Positions 39,745 to 52,717 of a DNA stretch of 64,000 nt are shown piece by piece. Made by a program: the position numbers and the translations under genes. The notes beneath the pieces are model-generated. The model worked only from the letters and a program-made list of their open reading frames with translations. It was not told the origin of the DNA and did not search any database. The first letter of the stretch is position 1. Every line of letters starts with the position of its first letter. Source of the stretch: Octopus sinensis (lineage: Eukaryota); the NCBI RefSeq assembly GCF_006345805.1, contig NC_043008.1:48112001-48176000 (forward strand), in the 5' to 3' direction.

Positions 39745-40124
39745 GTAAGATGTAGATAACTGTTTCGAATTATATTTTGAAAGATTCACTATTTCTGAAG
39801 CATGTATAAGTATATATATATATATATATTATAATATATAATATTACATATATATATGTATATATATATATGTATATATATATAGTATATATATATATAA
39901 TATATAATATACATATATATTATTAATATATATATATGTATATATATATCTATATAATATATACACACGATTATTGCTATTAAAAATCTTATGATTTCTC
40001 GAGCGATACTTAAAGAAGTTAAATAATGGTTTTATTGATGGTTGTAATCACGTTGAGACTAAATAAGGCGTCAAACGAAGTAATTTTACGCTTTTTACTC
40101 TTTTCTGTGTCTGGAAATTCATTT

Positions 40125-40159
<35 letters not shown>

Positions 40160-40314
40160 TACTACTACTACTACTACTACTGCTACTACCACCACCACTT
40201 CCACTACTAATAATACTGCTACTACCACTACTACTACCACTACAACCATTGTTACTGCTACTGCTATTGCTGCTACTACCACTGCAACTGCTGCTGCTGC
40301 TGTTGTTGCTGCTT

Positions 40315-40478
40315 CGCGGCATTTCGTTCGTCTATACATTTTGAGTTCAAATTCAGCCGAGGTCGACTTTGACTTTCACCTTTTCAGGCCGTTGAAATAA
40401 ATACAAATTGAGATCGACGTAATTGACTGGTTCTCTCCTCCAAAACTTTATCCTTATCCTTATCGTAGAAAAGGATTA
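40315..40478 (+). mobile_element. SINE family A (5' truncated)
   Basis: GCGGCATTTCG..GAGTTCAAATTCAGCCGAGGTCGACTTTGACTTTCA. Confidence 0.8.
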
Positions 40479-41144
40479 GTGCAGTTGTTGTTCATGTTGT
40501 TATTATTATAATGTAACTAACTTTATCTTTAAAACCACTCTGTTTCAAAGCTTCGTTATAATGGTAGTCTGGTTTGTTGAAGTGAGATGCGTTTGTGCGA
40601 ATGAATACGAATAGGTTTCAAACGTAAATTTGTCACGGATTACTTTTGATATGTAAACGTTTACAAGCTTTCAGACATTTTAAGTTTGGTTGACGAATGC
40701 ATGTGTGAATGAATGCATTACAGGGCCTGGACCAATGTGTGCATTGTAGGCTCAGATGTGTAGATACATATGCTTACATTCACTTTGTGTGTGTGTGTGT
40801 CATTATTTAGTTTTATTTCATGATTTCTTGTCAATAGAGAAAGAGCAGGTCACTAAACTAGATCCAAGGTTCCTTCATTGGAATTTCAACAACATCAATA
40901 GGGTATTTTGTTGTTTGTATATATGCATGTAATGTATGTATCCGTGCAGATTTGTATGTTTTGTTTTATGTATGTATTCTCATGCATATAGTTGCATATC
41001 TAGACATGTTCATATATACTTAAAGGAGAAACTTCTGGAACATTTTACTGATTTTTACAGTTCCAGTAATGCATTGGATCTGTAGTCTTCCTATCACCTT
41101 TCTCCTTTCTGCTTTTGAGAAGCCTAATTTGACAAAATAGGCTG

Positions 41145-41178
<34 letters not shown>

Positions 41179-41185
41179 TGTATCT

Positions 41186-41518
41186 GAGGGCGCATGGCTC
41201 AATAACCAGAGCGTCGGGCTTACAATTGAAGTGTTATGCGTTCGTTTCCCGGACCAGTCTGTGTGTTGTGTTCTTGAGCAAAACACTTTATTTCATGTTG
41301 CTCCAGTTCACTCAGAAATGAGATGCAGGGTCACCGGTACCAAGCTCTATCGACCCCTTTGCCTTTCCTTTGGACAACATCGGTGACTTGGAGTGGGGAG
41401 ACTAGTATGCATAAATGAGTACTGGTCCTCCACAAACTACCTTTCCTGGACTTGTGCATCAGAGGGGGAACCTTCTAGGTGTAATCTCCATCATGGTCAT
41501 TCGCAACAGAAAGGAGTC
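41186..41518 (+). mobile_element. tRNA-derived SINE, family C
   Basis: GGGCGCATGGCTCAAT head; B-box-like GCGTTCGTTTCCC; GTTGTGTTCTTGAGCAAAACACTTTAT central motif; single copy in the window. Confidence 0.65.
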
Positions 41519-41546
41519 TAATACATATATATATATATATATATAT

Positions 41547-41639
<93 letters not shown>

Positions 41640-43205
41640 TGAGTGGGGAGAGAGACAGAGAAGCGGTAATGGAGACAAACACAGGCTTGATATAAATATA
41701 TTTACATGAAGTAAAAAATGTATAAAAGTACGGCTGCTTTGGGAAGCCAGGATTTACGTACAAATCACAATAACGATATATTGCAAATGAAATGTGCAAA
41801 AAAGGGATGGGTGTGTAACCGGTGCCCGGTCAAATTTAGATGTTACAGTAAGTGATTTGCGAATATTCGCTTGATGAGCAATAGTTAGTTCTTGGCTAGT
41901 TGTGTCTCCGACGTTGGTTCAATCCCTGGTCGAAATCACTCCCCTCAGAGAGCTGATACTTTTCATACACATATAAACGTTACGATTTCACGCATTTTGT
42001 TCTCTCTATAAATTTTGTCGCAAAAGAAAAATAATCGATGAATTTCTGCAATAATTTTTATAGGATTATATTTGTTTGTACGGCTGTTGACTAATCTGAT
42101 AAACCATCGAAGTGTTAGGATCACCGCCATTAGTGAATATGTGTAGTGAAGTCAGAATCGTGCGGCGCTCCTTGTTCAAAGTTATACCGGTGAGAGTTGT
42201 TTCCACGTTACCTTTTAACAAACCTAACACAAACTAACAAACCCTTCATTAATTTCACAGTCATCAATAATTATATTAATTATACAGTCAACGATAATTA
42301 GCAATCAACGTCTGAGCTTAATTCCAACGTCTGTTACCTCAAACTATTTGTTGCTTTCTGCCATAAACTAAAAGTCTCTAATTATCGCCTATTGACAGCG
42401 GAGTTGCAGAGGCGGCAGAGCATCGAGGAGCAGTAGAAATGCTAAATTATTTTGCAGAGTATTTGGTAAGTTTCGGAATGTGGGGGTGGGGCATATTTGT
42501 CTTTTAGTCATCCGTGATAGGTAAATTACCAATCAGGAAATGTAATCGATCCGGTCATACTAAGGGCCTTCTATGTATCAGCTTCCAAATACTAATGGCC
42601 AAAAAATCCCCCCTCTCTCTCTCTCTCCCTCTCTCCCACTCTCTCCCTTCCCTCTTTCTCTCTTCTCTCGTCCTTTCTCTCTCAGAGTCCACCAATCGTT
42701 TCGGTCTATTTGCTATTTGTTCCGCTCCTAACTCTGATTCGAATTAATGGATCTATAATCACAGTGTTACTATCTCATTACGCAAAGGAACTCCATTGTG
42801 CACCTATCTGCATAATACCTGCAACATCATGCTACTTCCGGCGTTCGACGACCTCGACCATTTACCAGATGGGGAAACCAACACATTTCTTTCTCTTCCG
42901 TCATTGCACAAACATCTCTATTTTCCTTTTTCCAAGCCTTTATCTTCCATAGTTATTCTCAATGTATTCTTAAGCGATGTCAAAGTATAGAATCACATTT
43001 TAGACGTTCGCTTCTGAAGCTCACTTCCGCTTCTCTTCGATTCTTTCGAGTGATGACGCTGACGTTTTTCTTTCTATTTGAGTTCAGTTCATCGCAGCGC
43101 GAAAACTAACCAAGCCATTAAGCTACTTCTTTAAAACTCGAGCGCGCATGAGCAAGCACAAAATCTGATAAAGATGTGATTTCAGCCGTCAGGTTTACAT
43201 GATAT

Positions 43206-43418
43206 TCGGTTTAAATTTTGGCACAAGGCCAGCAATTTGGGGGAGAGGATCAGTCGATTACACTGACCCCAGTGATCGACTGGTACTTATTTTATTCATC
43301 CCGAAAGGATGAAAGGCGAAGTTGACCTCAGCAGAATTTGAACTCCGAACGTAAAGACGGACGAAATGCCGCTAAGCATTTTGCCCGGCATGCTAGCGAT
43401 TCTGTCAGATCACCGGCT
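43206..43418 (-). mobile_element. SINE family A
   Basis: CCCGAAAGGATGAAAGGCGAAGTTGACCTCAGCAGAATTTGAACTC..GCTAAGCATTTTGCCCGGCATGCTAGCGATTCTG. Confidence 0.85.
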
Positions 43419-44363
43419 TGGATATTAACTGGAAGACCCCAGTAACCGTGCAAGATGATAATCCATGAGGAATCTGAGGTTGAAAGAGCCGTTTGCACAT
43501 CAGCTACCATACACGGACCCTACGACAGAGGACCAAGATGATTGGTAGGTCCAGTTCCCAGTCAGATATTACCAAATATTTTAGATGCCTACACCTGACA
43601 GGTACTTGAACTGAGTCGCAGTAAAACAAAACTGTTATATCTTGAAATGCAATGAAATGCTACTAAAACTTTCGAAATAACGATCCAGGAATCCAGTGTC
43701 TTCCCCCAGCGCCGCCTCTAATCTCTAGAGTTTACAATTCATTCGATGTGTAAATTATGCTGTATACACAGGTTTTAGAGTATACCGTTCTTACACTGCT
43801 GTTATATAAGAATATATTTTTGTCTTCAATGATTTTCCTGCTGTTATTGGTTATATCCTTCAAGCATATTAATCTAAGCCTCTATCAGGCTTCATAGATG
43901 CGTTGTAATATTAATCCGATTGTTGTGGTTTGCTTACAAAAAGCTTTAGGTTTTCCATACTTTAGGGAGAAAATATTTCCTGGTGTGAGCTGCTGCGCTG
44001 AGCTATAATTCTAGTCATGTTTTATGTATGTTACTTAGAGACTTTCAAGATAACGTTAAATTGGATTTCAACAGAAAACAAAACAGACTTCCTCTGCGCT
44101 TACATACACACGCACATGAATACAGAAAAACACAGAGAACCACATGGAGATATGAGCATGTATACATGCATATATATATAGAGAGAGAGAAGGGGAAGAG
44201 AGACAGAGAGAGACATAAATATATATACCTCTGTGTGTGTATAAATATATATAAGAACTTTCTTAGCGTGTACATTCACTTAGAGTGTGGTAACACACGT
44301 GTGCTAATACACGCACACAGATATTTATATACATGTATGTGTTTTGTGTGTGTATATATATAT

Positions 44364-44399
<36 letters not shown>

Positions 44400-44429
44400 C
44401 ATACTATATATACACATGTATATATACTC

Positions 44430-44460
<31 letters not shown>

Positions 44461-45118
44461 ACATGTATATAAATCATGTGCATATATAATAATTATACCT
44501 TCTGTGTCTGCCTATATACACACACACACATACACACATACATACATACATAATACATACATATATATATATACATATACTTACATATGTGTTTGTTGTG
44601 TGAGTATAAACATACACACACAAACGCGTGTACACAAACACACACACATAATCTAGATTATTTCAATTGTTTCAATGGAAATATACCCAAAAAATATATA
44701 TAAAAAGTATATTTTACATCTTATTGTTGAGATTCAATACATCTTCCATATATTAACGGATGAAGGAGGTTTATCTGTTGCCAATTATTCACAACTAATA
44801 ACTTACATAACCAATTCTACTGTGTCCTCTTCAACTGCATAGCTACCATTTGAAATCTCTCTCTTGCTCTCTCTCTCTCTCCTTCGCTCTTTTTCTTCTT
44901 TTCTCCCTATGCACACACAAACACACATAATACTATGATGTTCTGCCTAAACACGACATAAAAACAAATATATTTGTGCTCAATATCAATGTTAAACTTT
45001 GGAAATCCATATGTAAAATGCATATCCGAATAGGCTATGACGCATGAACAGAGAGCAAAACACATATGTGTGTTTCTGTGTGTTTGTGTATAGTTAAGCA
45101 TATATATATATATATATA

Positions 45119-45314
45119 ACTAAGCAATAAAGGGTTTAGCAACGAATTGCCTTACCACATACCGAATTTAGAAATAGCAGTCAAAGAGTTATAGCTATTT
45201 CTTCTACTAAAAAGGCCCCTTTTTAGTAGAAGAAATAGCTATAACTCTTTGACTGCTATTTCTAAATTCGGTATGTGGTAAGGCAATTCGTTGCTAAACC
45301 CTTTATTGCTTAGT
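45119..45314. repeat. Perfect inverted repeat, 97 bp arms, 2 nt spacer
   Basis: 45119-45215 is the exact reverse complement of 45218-45314; spacer CC. Confidence 0.95.
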
Positions 45315-45516
45315 ATTACTTAAATTTTCCTCGAATGAGGCTTTTACATGCCGAAGACTACTTGGTGTAATTGATAATTATTCCAAATTAATTAATTTCA
45401 CCCTTCTTTATTACGGATAACCATATATATATATATATATATATATATGGTTAGTCACTTCAAACTAACTTTTGCAGGCATGATATGGCAGGATTTTGGT
45501 AGTAATAAGCTGGCAG

Positions 45517-45578
45517 ACTTTGGCTGATGAGAAATCAGGCACCTATTTGACGCTAAATTTTGAAACCGGTACCAAGTT
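45517..45578 (+). ncRNA. Candidate type-I minimal hammerhead ribozyme (PLE type)
   Basis: TTTGG-CTGATGA(45524-30)-GAAAT..ATTTT-GAAAC-CG-GTA-CCAAG: intact core, palindromic ACCGGT stem III, predicted cut after A45571. Confidence 0.7.
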
Positions 45579-47544
45579 GACCAGCATTTACTTGTTCTGA
45601 CCTAGTAGAGGTGAGACGTTATTATTGTTCACTGATACTTTTCCCTCTCTGTGTCTGAAATAGATTTGTGACTATTCCGTGGTACAGAAGTATTTTTTTA
45701 CTTCTATCTTTAGCGATATAGGTGCTCATGTGGTACAGTTGTGTATATATGTACATATCCAATATTGTATGTATATATTTTATTAATTTGCCTGTACGGC
45801 TGATAATTCGCTTGCCACTCGTGATGGTATTTTGATTATACCATCCCTATATATATATATATATATATGCATACATATATGTGTGGTGGGGTGGATCTTT
45901 TGGTATCTGTGAATGTATATGTGTGAGTATATGTGTGTATGTGTGCATACATATATAGAGTATATGTGTGTGTGCGTATATATTGTGTAATGATGCTAAT
46001 AGTATCTGATGTATATATTTGTGTTGATATGTGTTAATGCTATCGTCCATATATGTGTTTGTATTTTGTAGTTATTTGGAGTCTTACAATCTTGTCTGTA
46101 GTCTGTTCGGATGCTGTAGTACTAAACTTCACATTTATAATTATGTAACGCTGAGAAGCGACATAAAACGTTCCAGCTCACTGACAATGCTGACCTTTCA
46201 CGTCACGGCGACCGCATCTGAGATGCTCAGCAAGGTCAAGGCTTGAAGGGCTGACCGGAGGTCTGTGCCTTGTTGCTAACTTACGCGTATCGAAGGCAAT
46301 AAATAAAAGCATAATAAATGCTTCTGAACCATACTCTCTTGCGAGTATTAGCTGCTGTACGAGTGTGTGTGTGTGTGCATAAGTATATGTATCTATGCAT
46401 GTACGTATACAAAGAAAGACATATACATCAACAAGATGACTGTATGTGTGTGTATGTTTATGTGTGAGTGGTAGTGCCTGCGTATTTATGAGTTCTTACA
46501 TAAACACTTAATATATTTATGAAAAGAAGAGAGATACGAAGAATTCCGATGTTTAAAGATATTTAAATCGTTTATGTGTTTCTTCACAGATGTTGAGAGA
46601 GCAGATTAGCTGTGTAAAGTAAATTCATTTCATGGCCAAATCGATACTCACTGAGTGAATTAATGGACTGAGATAAAGATTTTTACATTTATGACTAATT
46701 CGAACCAGATTATCTGTTCAGTGTAATTGTTGGATAACACAGCAGAATATCTAAAATACTGTCAACTAGTTAAGGATGAAAACCTAGAGAAGTGATTGGC
46801 ACCAACCAGCATCGAGTGATTAATCCAGTGAGGTAGAAGCAATTACAATCTGACTGTTCCTCAATAAAGACCTCACATTAATCTGTCATTAATATCATCT
46901 TGTTCGATGATATATCGGCTGTAGGTTTATTACAAGTCTCTCTCTTAATTAGATATCTATGGCTGTCTCTGGCAGTGTGTTTGTAGAGGTTTGTAATTAT
47001 GTATAGATGTATGATTGTATTCATGTATGCATACATATATGTATGCATGTATGTAAGCATGTATCTATGTATGTATGTACGTATGTATGCATGTCTATGC
47101 ATGTATGTGTGTATGTATGCATGTATCTATGCATGTATCTATGTATGTATTTATGTATGTATGTATGTATGTATGTATGTGTGTATGCATGAATGTATCT
47201 ATGTATGCATGCATGTATGTCAATGCGTGTGTAGTTGTGCACTAACCTAAGCTCATTCGAAGATGATTGAGAGCAGGACGTATATGTATCTGTGCGCGCG
47301 TGTGTATACGTGGACACATACAGAAACACAAGCAAACACACACACATACAGACAGATATAGGTAGACACATACATACACATATGCATACATACATACATA
47401 CATACATACATACATACATACATACACAGACACATGCATATATATATAGAGATTGATGAAAAATTGATCTGATAGAAAAACAGACACACCGCTGTGTATT
47501 ATAATAGGATTTCTTAATCAGGAATTCAAGGGCACGTGACGAGA

Positions 47545-47599
<55 letters not shown>

Positions 47600-47683
47600 T
47601 GGTTTTGATTAAGCGGCTATACATCAGTTACCCATCTCTGTGTGTATATATATATTATATATATATATATATATATATTATAT

Positions 47684-47722
<39 letters not shown>

Positions 47723-47896
47723 TATATATATATATGTGTGTGTGTGTGTGTGGAAACGCACGCTCTGCGTGTGCACCCTCGCTCGTGCTTTGTTCATTTT
47801 ACTAGCGCTTTATGAACCGCTTTGTGATGTAGAATGTTTTCTTCTACTTGGAAAATAATGGTAATTTCCCATTCTGCAAATTGAAATGTGTGTGTG

Positions 47897-47942
<46 letters not shown>

Positions 47943-47965
47943 GTGTGTGTGTGTGTGTGTGTGTG

Positions 47966-50460
47966 AAGAAGAATAGTTAGAGAAGTTTATACGTATGCAT
48001 TATTTTTAGCTAATCCTGCATCGGTTTCGACCGTTTGAGACGACCTCTTCATGCTGGAATAAAATGGAAAGGAAAATTGAAATGAATTAGCTTAGACTTT
48101 CATGAGAATCAGTTCAGGATTTTTATATATTTTGTCCTCATAAAAATCCCACGCAGCTGCATTCTGTGTCCTTGTGTTTCTTCTTAACTGTTGGTGATGA
48201 CCTGTTAATATAAGTGAAAAGAAATATGTCAATGGCTCTTGTGGTTCATAGCAGCCCTTAGTCTAAGGAGTAGTGGTGTTGCCAATCGTGGTGGTGGCCC
48301 CAGTAACGGTTACAGCCTTGTTAGTGGTAGATGCTTTTGTCTCCCTTTTCGTGTCATCGGAATTTCTTTAATAATGCGTTGGTGTTGTCCCCAAATTTGT
48401 AGAGAGGAAAATCGTGAAATTTGCTTGCTTCTTACCTGCGCATGTGTTTATATGTTTACTGGGTCCCATGTTTTCGCGTAAAGCTCTCTCTGTCTGTCAA
48501 ATGTATCCTTCCCACATATTATTAAATAGATTAGATATTGAGATGCACAGGTGAAGTTAATTCTTAAGTAAAGAATTATTCTTCTTTAAAACGGATCGCT
48601 GATTCCTTTGTCAGATTCAAGTAAACACCACGGCTGTGTCGTACGCGTTTTTGTTCTGATTGCGTGGAGTCTGACCCCTAATTCTGTCTTAGCCATTACT
48701 TTGCATTGTCTTTTACTCTTTATGACGACATGTGCCTTTGGAGGATTTCACCCATCCTGGGGTCCTTTTGTTGTAACAGTATGTTATGAAATGTGATGTT
48801 GTGGTCTTCATTGTTTTCTGTATACTGAGTTTTGGGACTCGTTCAATTCGATTATCGATTAATGGCGGTGGGTAATTCCTGTCAATAAATTAATCCTTCA
48901 GTTCCTGGAGTCTTATGTCACAGATGTTTGTATCAGGCACTACTGTACAATTCCTTTCGACTTGGCTACATTCATTCTGGTATGTCATGGATGGCACGGA
49001 TTGAATGGAAGCTATTCTTTGGACTCCGAAGGTTCATAGTAAATATCGTTCTCTATTTCGTTGTTAACTTTCTTTATAAAGATGTCTAAAAATGTGAGTT
49101 GCATATGGCCATATTCCATGGTGAATTAAATAGTTTCATTAATTCTATTGCGAAGTGTTTCAAATTCTATTAGTTTCTCTGTGCTTTCATTCCACAGGTT
49201 GAAGCAATCGTCATGGTACCTCTTCCAGTCTTCTTGTACGTAAAAGGAGAAATAGTTTCCTTTTCCATCTTTTTTTTTTTTGTACAGGGTAGGTCAAAAG
49301 TTATGCACCAAAATATTTGATATTTTATTTATATTACTTTATCATTATTATTCATTTTGTTCATCATATAACAAGAACGTTTGTATTCATCATTATTTTA
49401 TTTTATTCAATTTTAGAAAAACTGAAGCACGTCTTTGACAATTCCGGAGCATATTGAAATTATTTTGTGCGTGATTTTTGGCCCACCCTGTACAGCATGA
49501 TCTCTATGTAGCTTTTAACTATATTTGCAAATAAAGGGGCTCTTTTCGTCCCCATCGCAGTTCCAGAGTTTTGTCGGGAAAAGTTGACATTGAACATAAA
49601 ATAATTATCCTCTACGATAATTTTTAGTCCTTTAATTATAATTTTTATGGCATAGAGGAGTTCAGGTGTATAATTATCTCGCCAGAATTTAATCGCCTTT
49701 ATACCTGTCATGACGGATGTTTCAATTGAAATCCACTACTTCGAAAGATGCTTTTCTCGTTAACTGTTTTGGGGAAATGGTTAAGTATGTCTAAGTCATT
49801 TCTTATGAACCTTCTGAAATGGCTTGAGCAGGTTATCCAAAAAATTACTTATGCAATGGCCTTATGCATGCAAGACCAGCTGTTATTGGTCTTAACTTCG
49901 GATCGTTTGGTGAAGGGGCATGATTCACTTCTTTTTCCATATTTTCCACTTTTGTATGCCATAGAAGAGGTTAGATTTGCATCTGAAATTGGTGATCTTG
50001 TCGCATTCCTCGTCGGTGAGTCCTTCTCGACATAAGCTTATAAATGTTTATAAAGGTTTTTCATTATTTGGGGTTCACTGCAGCGTTATGCCTTAACATA
50101 GTATGCATCGTCTTCTAATATGGATAACACAAGATTTTTATAATAATCTGTGTCCATCAAGACTCCTGCAGTTCCTTTGTCGGCCTTTGTCGTTATTATT
50201 TCTTTATTCTTTATAATTTGTTTCACTCGTTCCATTCACTCATGCTGACGTTTGGCTTATGTTTTAGTTTGTTTGTTTGTGTGTTGATATTGTTAATAAA
50301 AAATATATTCACAGAAATCTTCCCGTTTTCGTCTATTTCCTTTCCTGGTGTATGTTGGTACCAAGCACCGGTTACCTCGTATCCACACTTCCGGCTTCGT
50401 AGCCAATGAAGGTCTTGCGCAACCTTGTCGTATCTGCGCAAGAATTTCACAAGCACTAAC
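47966..50460 (-). mobile_element. Decayed Penelope-like element (RT plus GIY-YIG endonuclease)
   Basis: Minus-strand motifs in the expected order: IITTKADKGTAGV, SNLFYGIQK, LRPITAG, NYFMFN..QNSGTAMGTKRAPLFANI, DWKRYHDDCF, then NFTCASQYLIYLIIC (GIY-YIG start); degenerate hammerhead motif at 48015-48057; many stops and frameshifts. Confidence 0.9.
49285..49490. mobile_element. Tc1/mariner-type MITE inserted in the PLE
   Basis: TA|CAGGGTAGGTCAAAAGTTATGCACCAAAATA ... TATTTTGTGCGTGATTTTTGGCCCACCCTG|TA: ~30 bp imperfect TIRs and TA TSD; removal restores EIMLYKK in the RT. Confidence 0.9.
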
Positions 50461-50477
50461 AATGTCACTCACGCTTG

Positions 50478-50572
50478 CGACCTCGGCTGCATTTGAACTT
50501 AAAACGTAAACACGGATGAGATGCCGCCAAGCATCTTATCCGGCGTAATAACGAGTTTGCCAGCTCACCACC
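50478..50572 (-). mobile_element. SINE family A head
   Basis: CGACCTCGGCTGCATTTGAACTT..TGCCAGCTCACCACC. Confidence 0.75.
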
Positions 50573-50573
50573 T

Positions 50574-50673
50574 TAATAATAATATAATAATAATATAATA
50601 ATAATAATAAAGTGGTAATAGTAAAAATAATAATAATAATAATAATAATAATATATAAAGTGGTAATAGTAAA

Positions 50674-50712
<39 letters not shown>

Positions 50713-50759
50713 TAATAATAATAATAATAAAAGTGGTAATAGTAAAAATAATAATAATG

Positions 50760-50798
<39 letters not shown>

Positions 50799-50867
50799 TG
50801 GTAATAGTAAAAATAATTAATGATAATAATAATAATAATAATAATAATAAAAGTGGTAATAGTAATA

Positions 50868-50911
<44 letters not shown>

Positions 50912-50998
50912 TAATAATAATAATAATAAAGTGGTAATAGTAAAAATAATAATAATGATAATAATAATAATATAATAATAATAAAATAAAATAATAAT
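50574..50998. repeat. (AAT)n array with six interspersed AAAGTGGTAATAGTAA units
   Basis: Units near 50609, 50657, 50729, 50795, 50849 and 50928. Confidence 0.9.
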
Positions 50999-51087
50999 AC
51001 ACATTCATGTGTTGAGTTCTATTTACTGAGTTTTGTTCTACCTAACCTGTGCGTGTATGTATATATATATATACATATATATAATAT

Positions 51088-51140
51088 ACAAAAATCTGTC
51101 CGACGAACGGGAACGTGAAACTCAGAGTAACAGGTTTTGT
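51088..51140 (+). ncRNA. Candidate type-I hammerhead ribozyme with U4C core variant
   Basis: ACAAAAATCTGT-CCGACGA-ACG-GGAA-CGT-GAA-ACTC-A-GAGT-A-ACAGGTTTTGT: ~11 bp stem I, stem II with GNRA loop, near-palindromic stem III, GUA cut site at 51129. Confidence 0.7.
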
Positions 51141-51175
51141 TGAATTTTCTGCTGCTTTTAAATAAAGTATATATA

Positions 51176-51232
<57 letters not shown>

Positions 51233-52519
51233 GTATATATATATACATATAATAACATATATATGTATATGCATATATATATGCATATACATATAGTAGT
51301 ATATATATATATATATGTGTGTGTATAATATGTCTGTATAAATATGTACGTATATATGTATACACCTATATATATACATATATATATATGTATGTATGTA
51401 TATGTGTGCGCATATATGTGTGTGTGTGTATGTATGTATATCATTGTTCAGTTTTATTTCAAGATTGAACAATTATATTCAAACATATATACATATATGT
51501 ATATATGTGTGTATACATACATATATATGTATGTACATATGCATGTATGTATATATGTATAATTTATATTTATATAAGTATGTATATGCATATATAAACA
51601 TACACACAGAAATGAGAGAGAGAGAGAGAAAGAGAGAGAGTGCATGTGTGTATGTGTGTGTGTGTGTGTGTGTGTTGACGTGTGGTCGGTTAATTAAAGC
51701 CAGTGTCTTTGGTCTGTGAGCCTCTTCTGCACTGCGTTACTCAAATAAATCGCATTCTTGATATAAGACAAAGCCGTCGCTTAATTCCACCTAATTGTTA
51801 CATTACTCGGCTAAAATTGACAGCAATTTCTTAATACTTGGGTCCTTAACGAAGTTCTGCTTTAGATCTGACGGCTTCAAATACATTAGACTTAGCAGCT
51901 TAGCGCATTTGTTGATGCGAAGCGACAAATTACACGGACAATGTATGAATGATGGCTGTTTTGAGGGAATTGTAAATGAATGAGGGGGGGGGGTAGTGGT
52001 GGTAGTGGTGGTGGTGGTGGTGGTGGTGGTGGTGGCGGTAACGGTGGAGCTTGTTTTAGCTGCTGTGTTTGTGGTGTATTGGTGGTAGTGGTGGTGGTGG
52101 TGGTGGTGGTGGTGGCGGTAACGGTGGAGCTTGTTTTAGCTGCTGTGTTTGTGGTGTATTGGTGAGTTTGTTGTTGGTAGTCGTGGAGGTGATGGTGGTG
52201 GTGGTGGTGGTGGTGGTAGTGGTGGTGGTGGTAGTGGTGGTGGTGGTAGTGGTGGTGGTAGTGTAGGTCGTGGTGGTCGTGGTGATGCTGGGAACTTGTC
52301 ATGGTTGCTCACCTGGTGATTAATATTGGCTGCGGTGGTAGTAGTAGTAGTGGTGGTAGGCGTCGTAGTTATTGTCCTATGGTGGTGGTGGGGGCGGCGG
52401 CGGCAGCGGAGGAGGTGGTGGTGGTGACGGCGGCGGTGGTGGTGGTGGTAACTATCGTGTTGAAGGTATTCGGTGATTATGTCGATACAGTGCAGCGATG
52501 GTGGCCACGAAGATGGCTG

Positions 52520-52686
52520 AGGCGGCGGCAGCGGCGGAAGCAGCGGCAGCGGCGGAAGCGGCGGCAGCGGCGGCAGCGGCGGCAGCGGCGGCAGCGGCGG
52601 CAGCCGCGGAAGAGGAGGGAGCGGCGGCAGCGGCGGCAGCGGCGGCAGCGGCGGCACGGCGGCAGCGGCGGCAGCGGCGGCAGCGG

Positions 52687-52717
<31 letters not shown>

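Noticed and set aside
50574-50998. CRISPR-like repeat/spacer pattern
   Set aside because: Spacers are only (AAT)n, the context is eukaryotic, and there are no cas genes.
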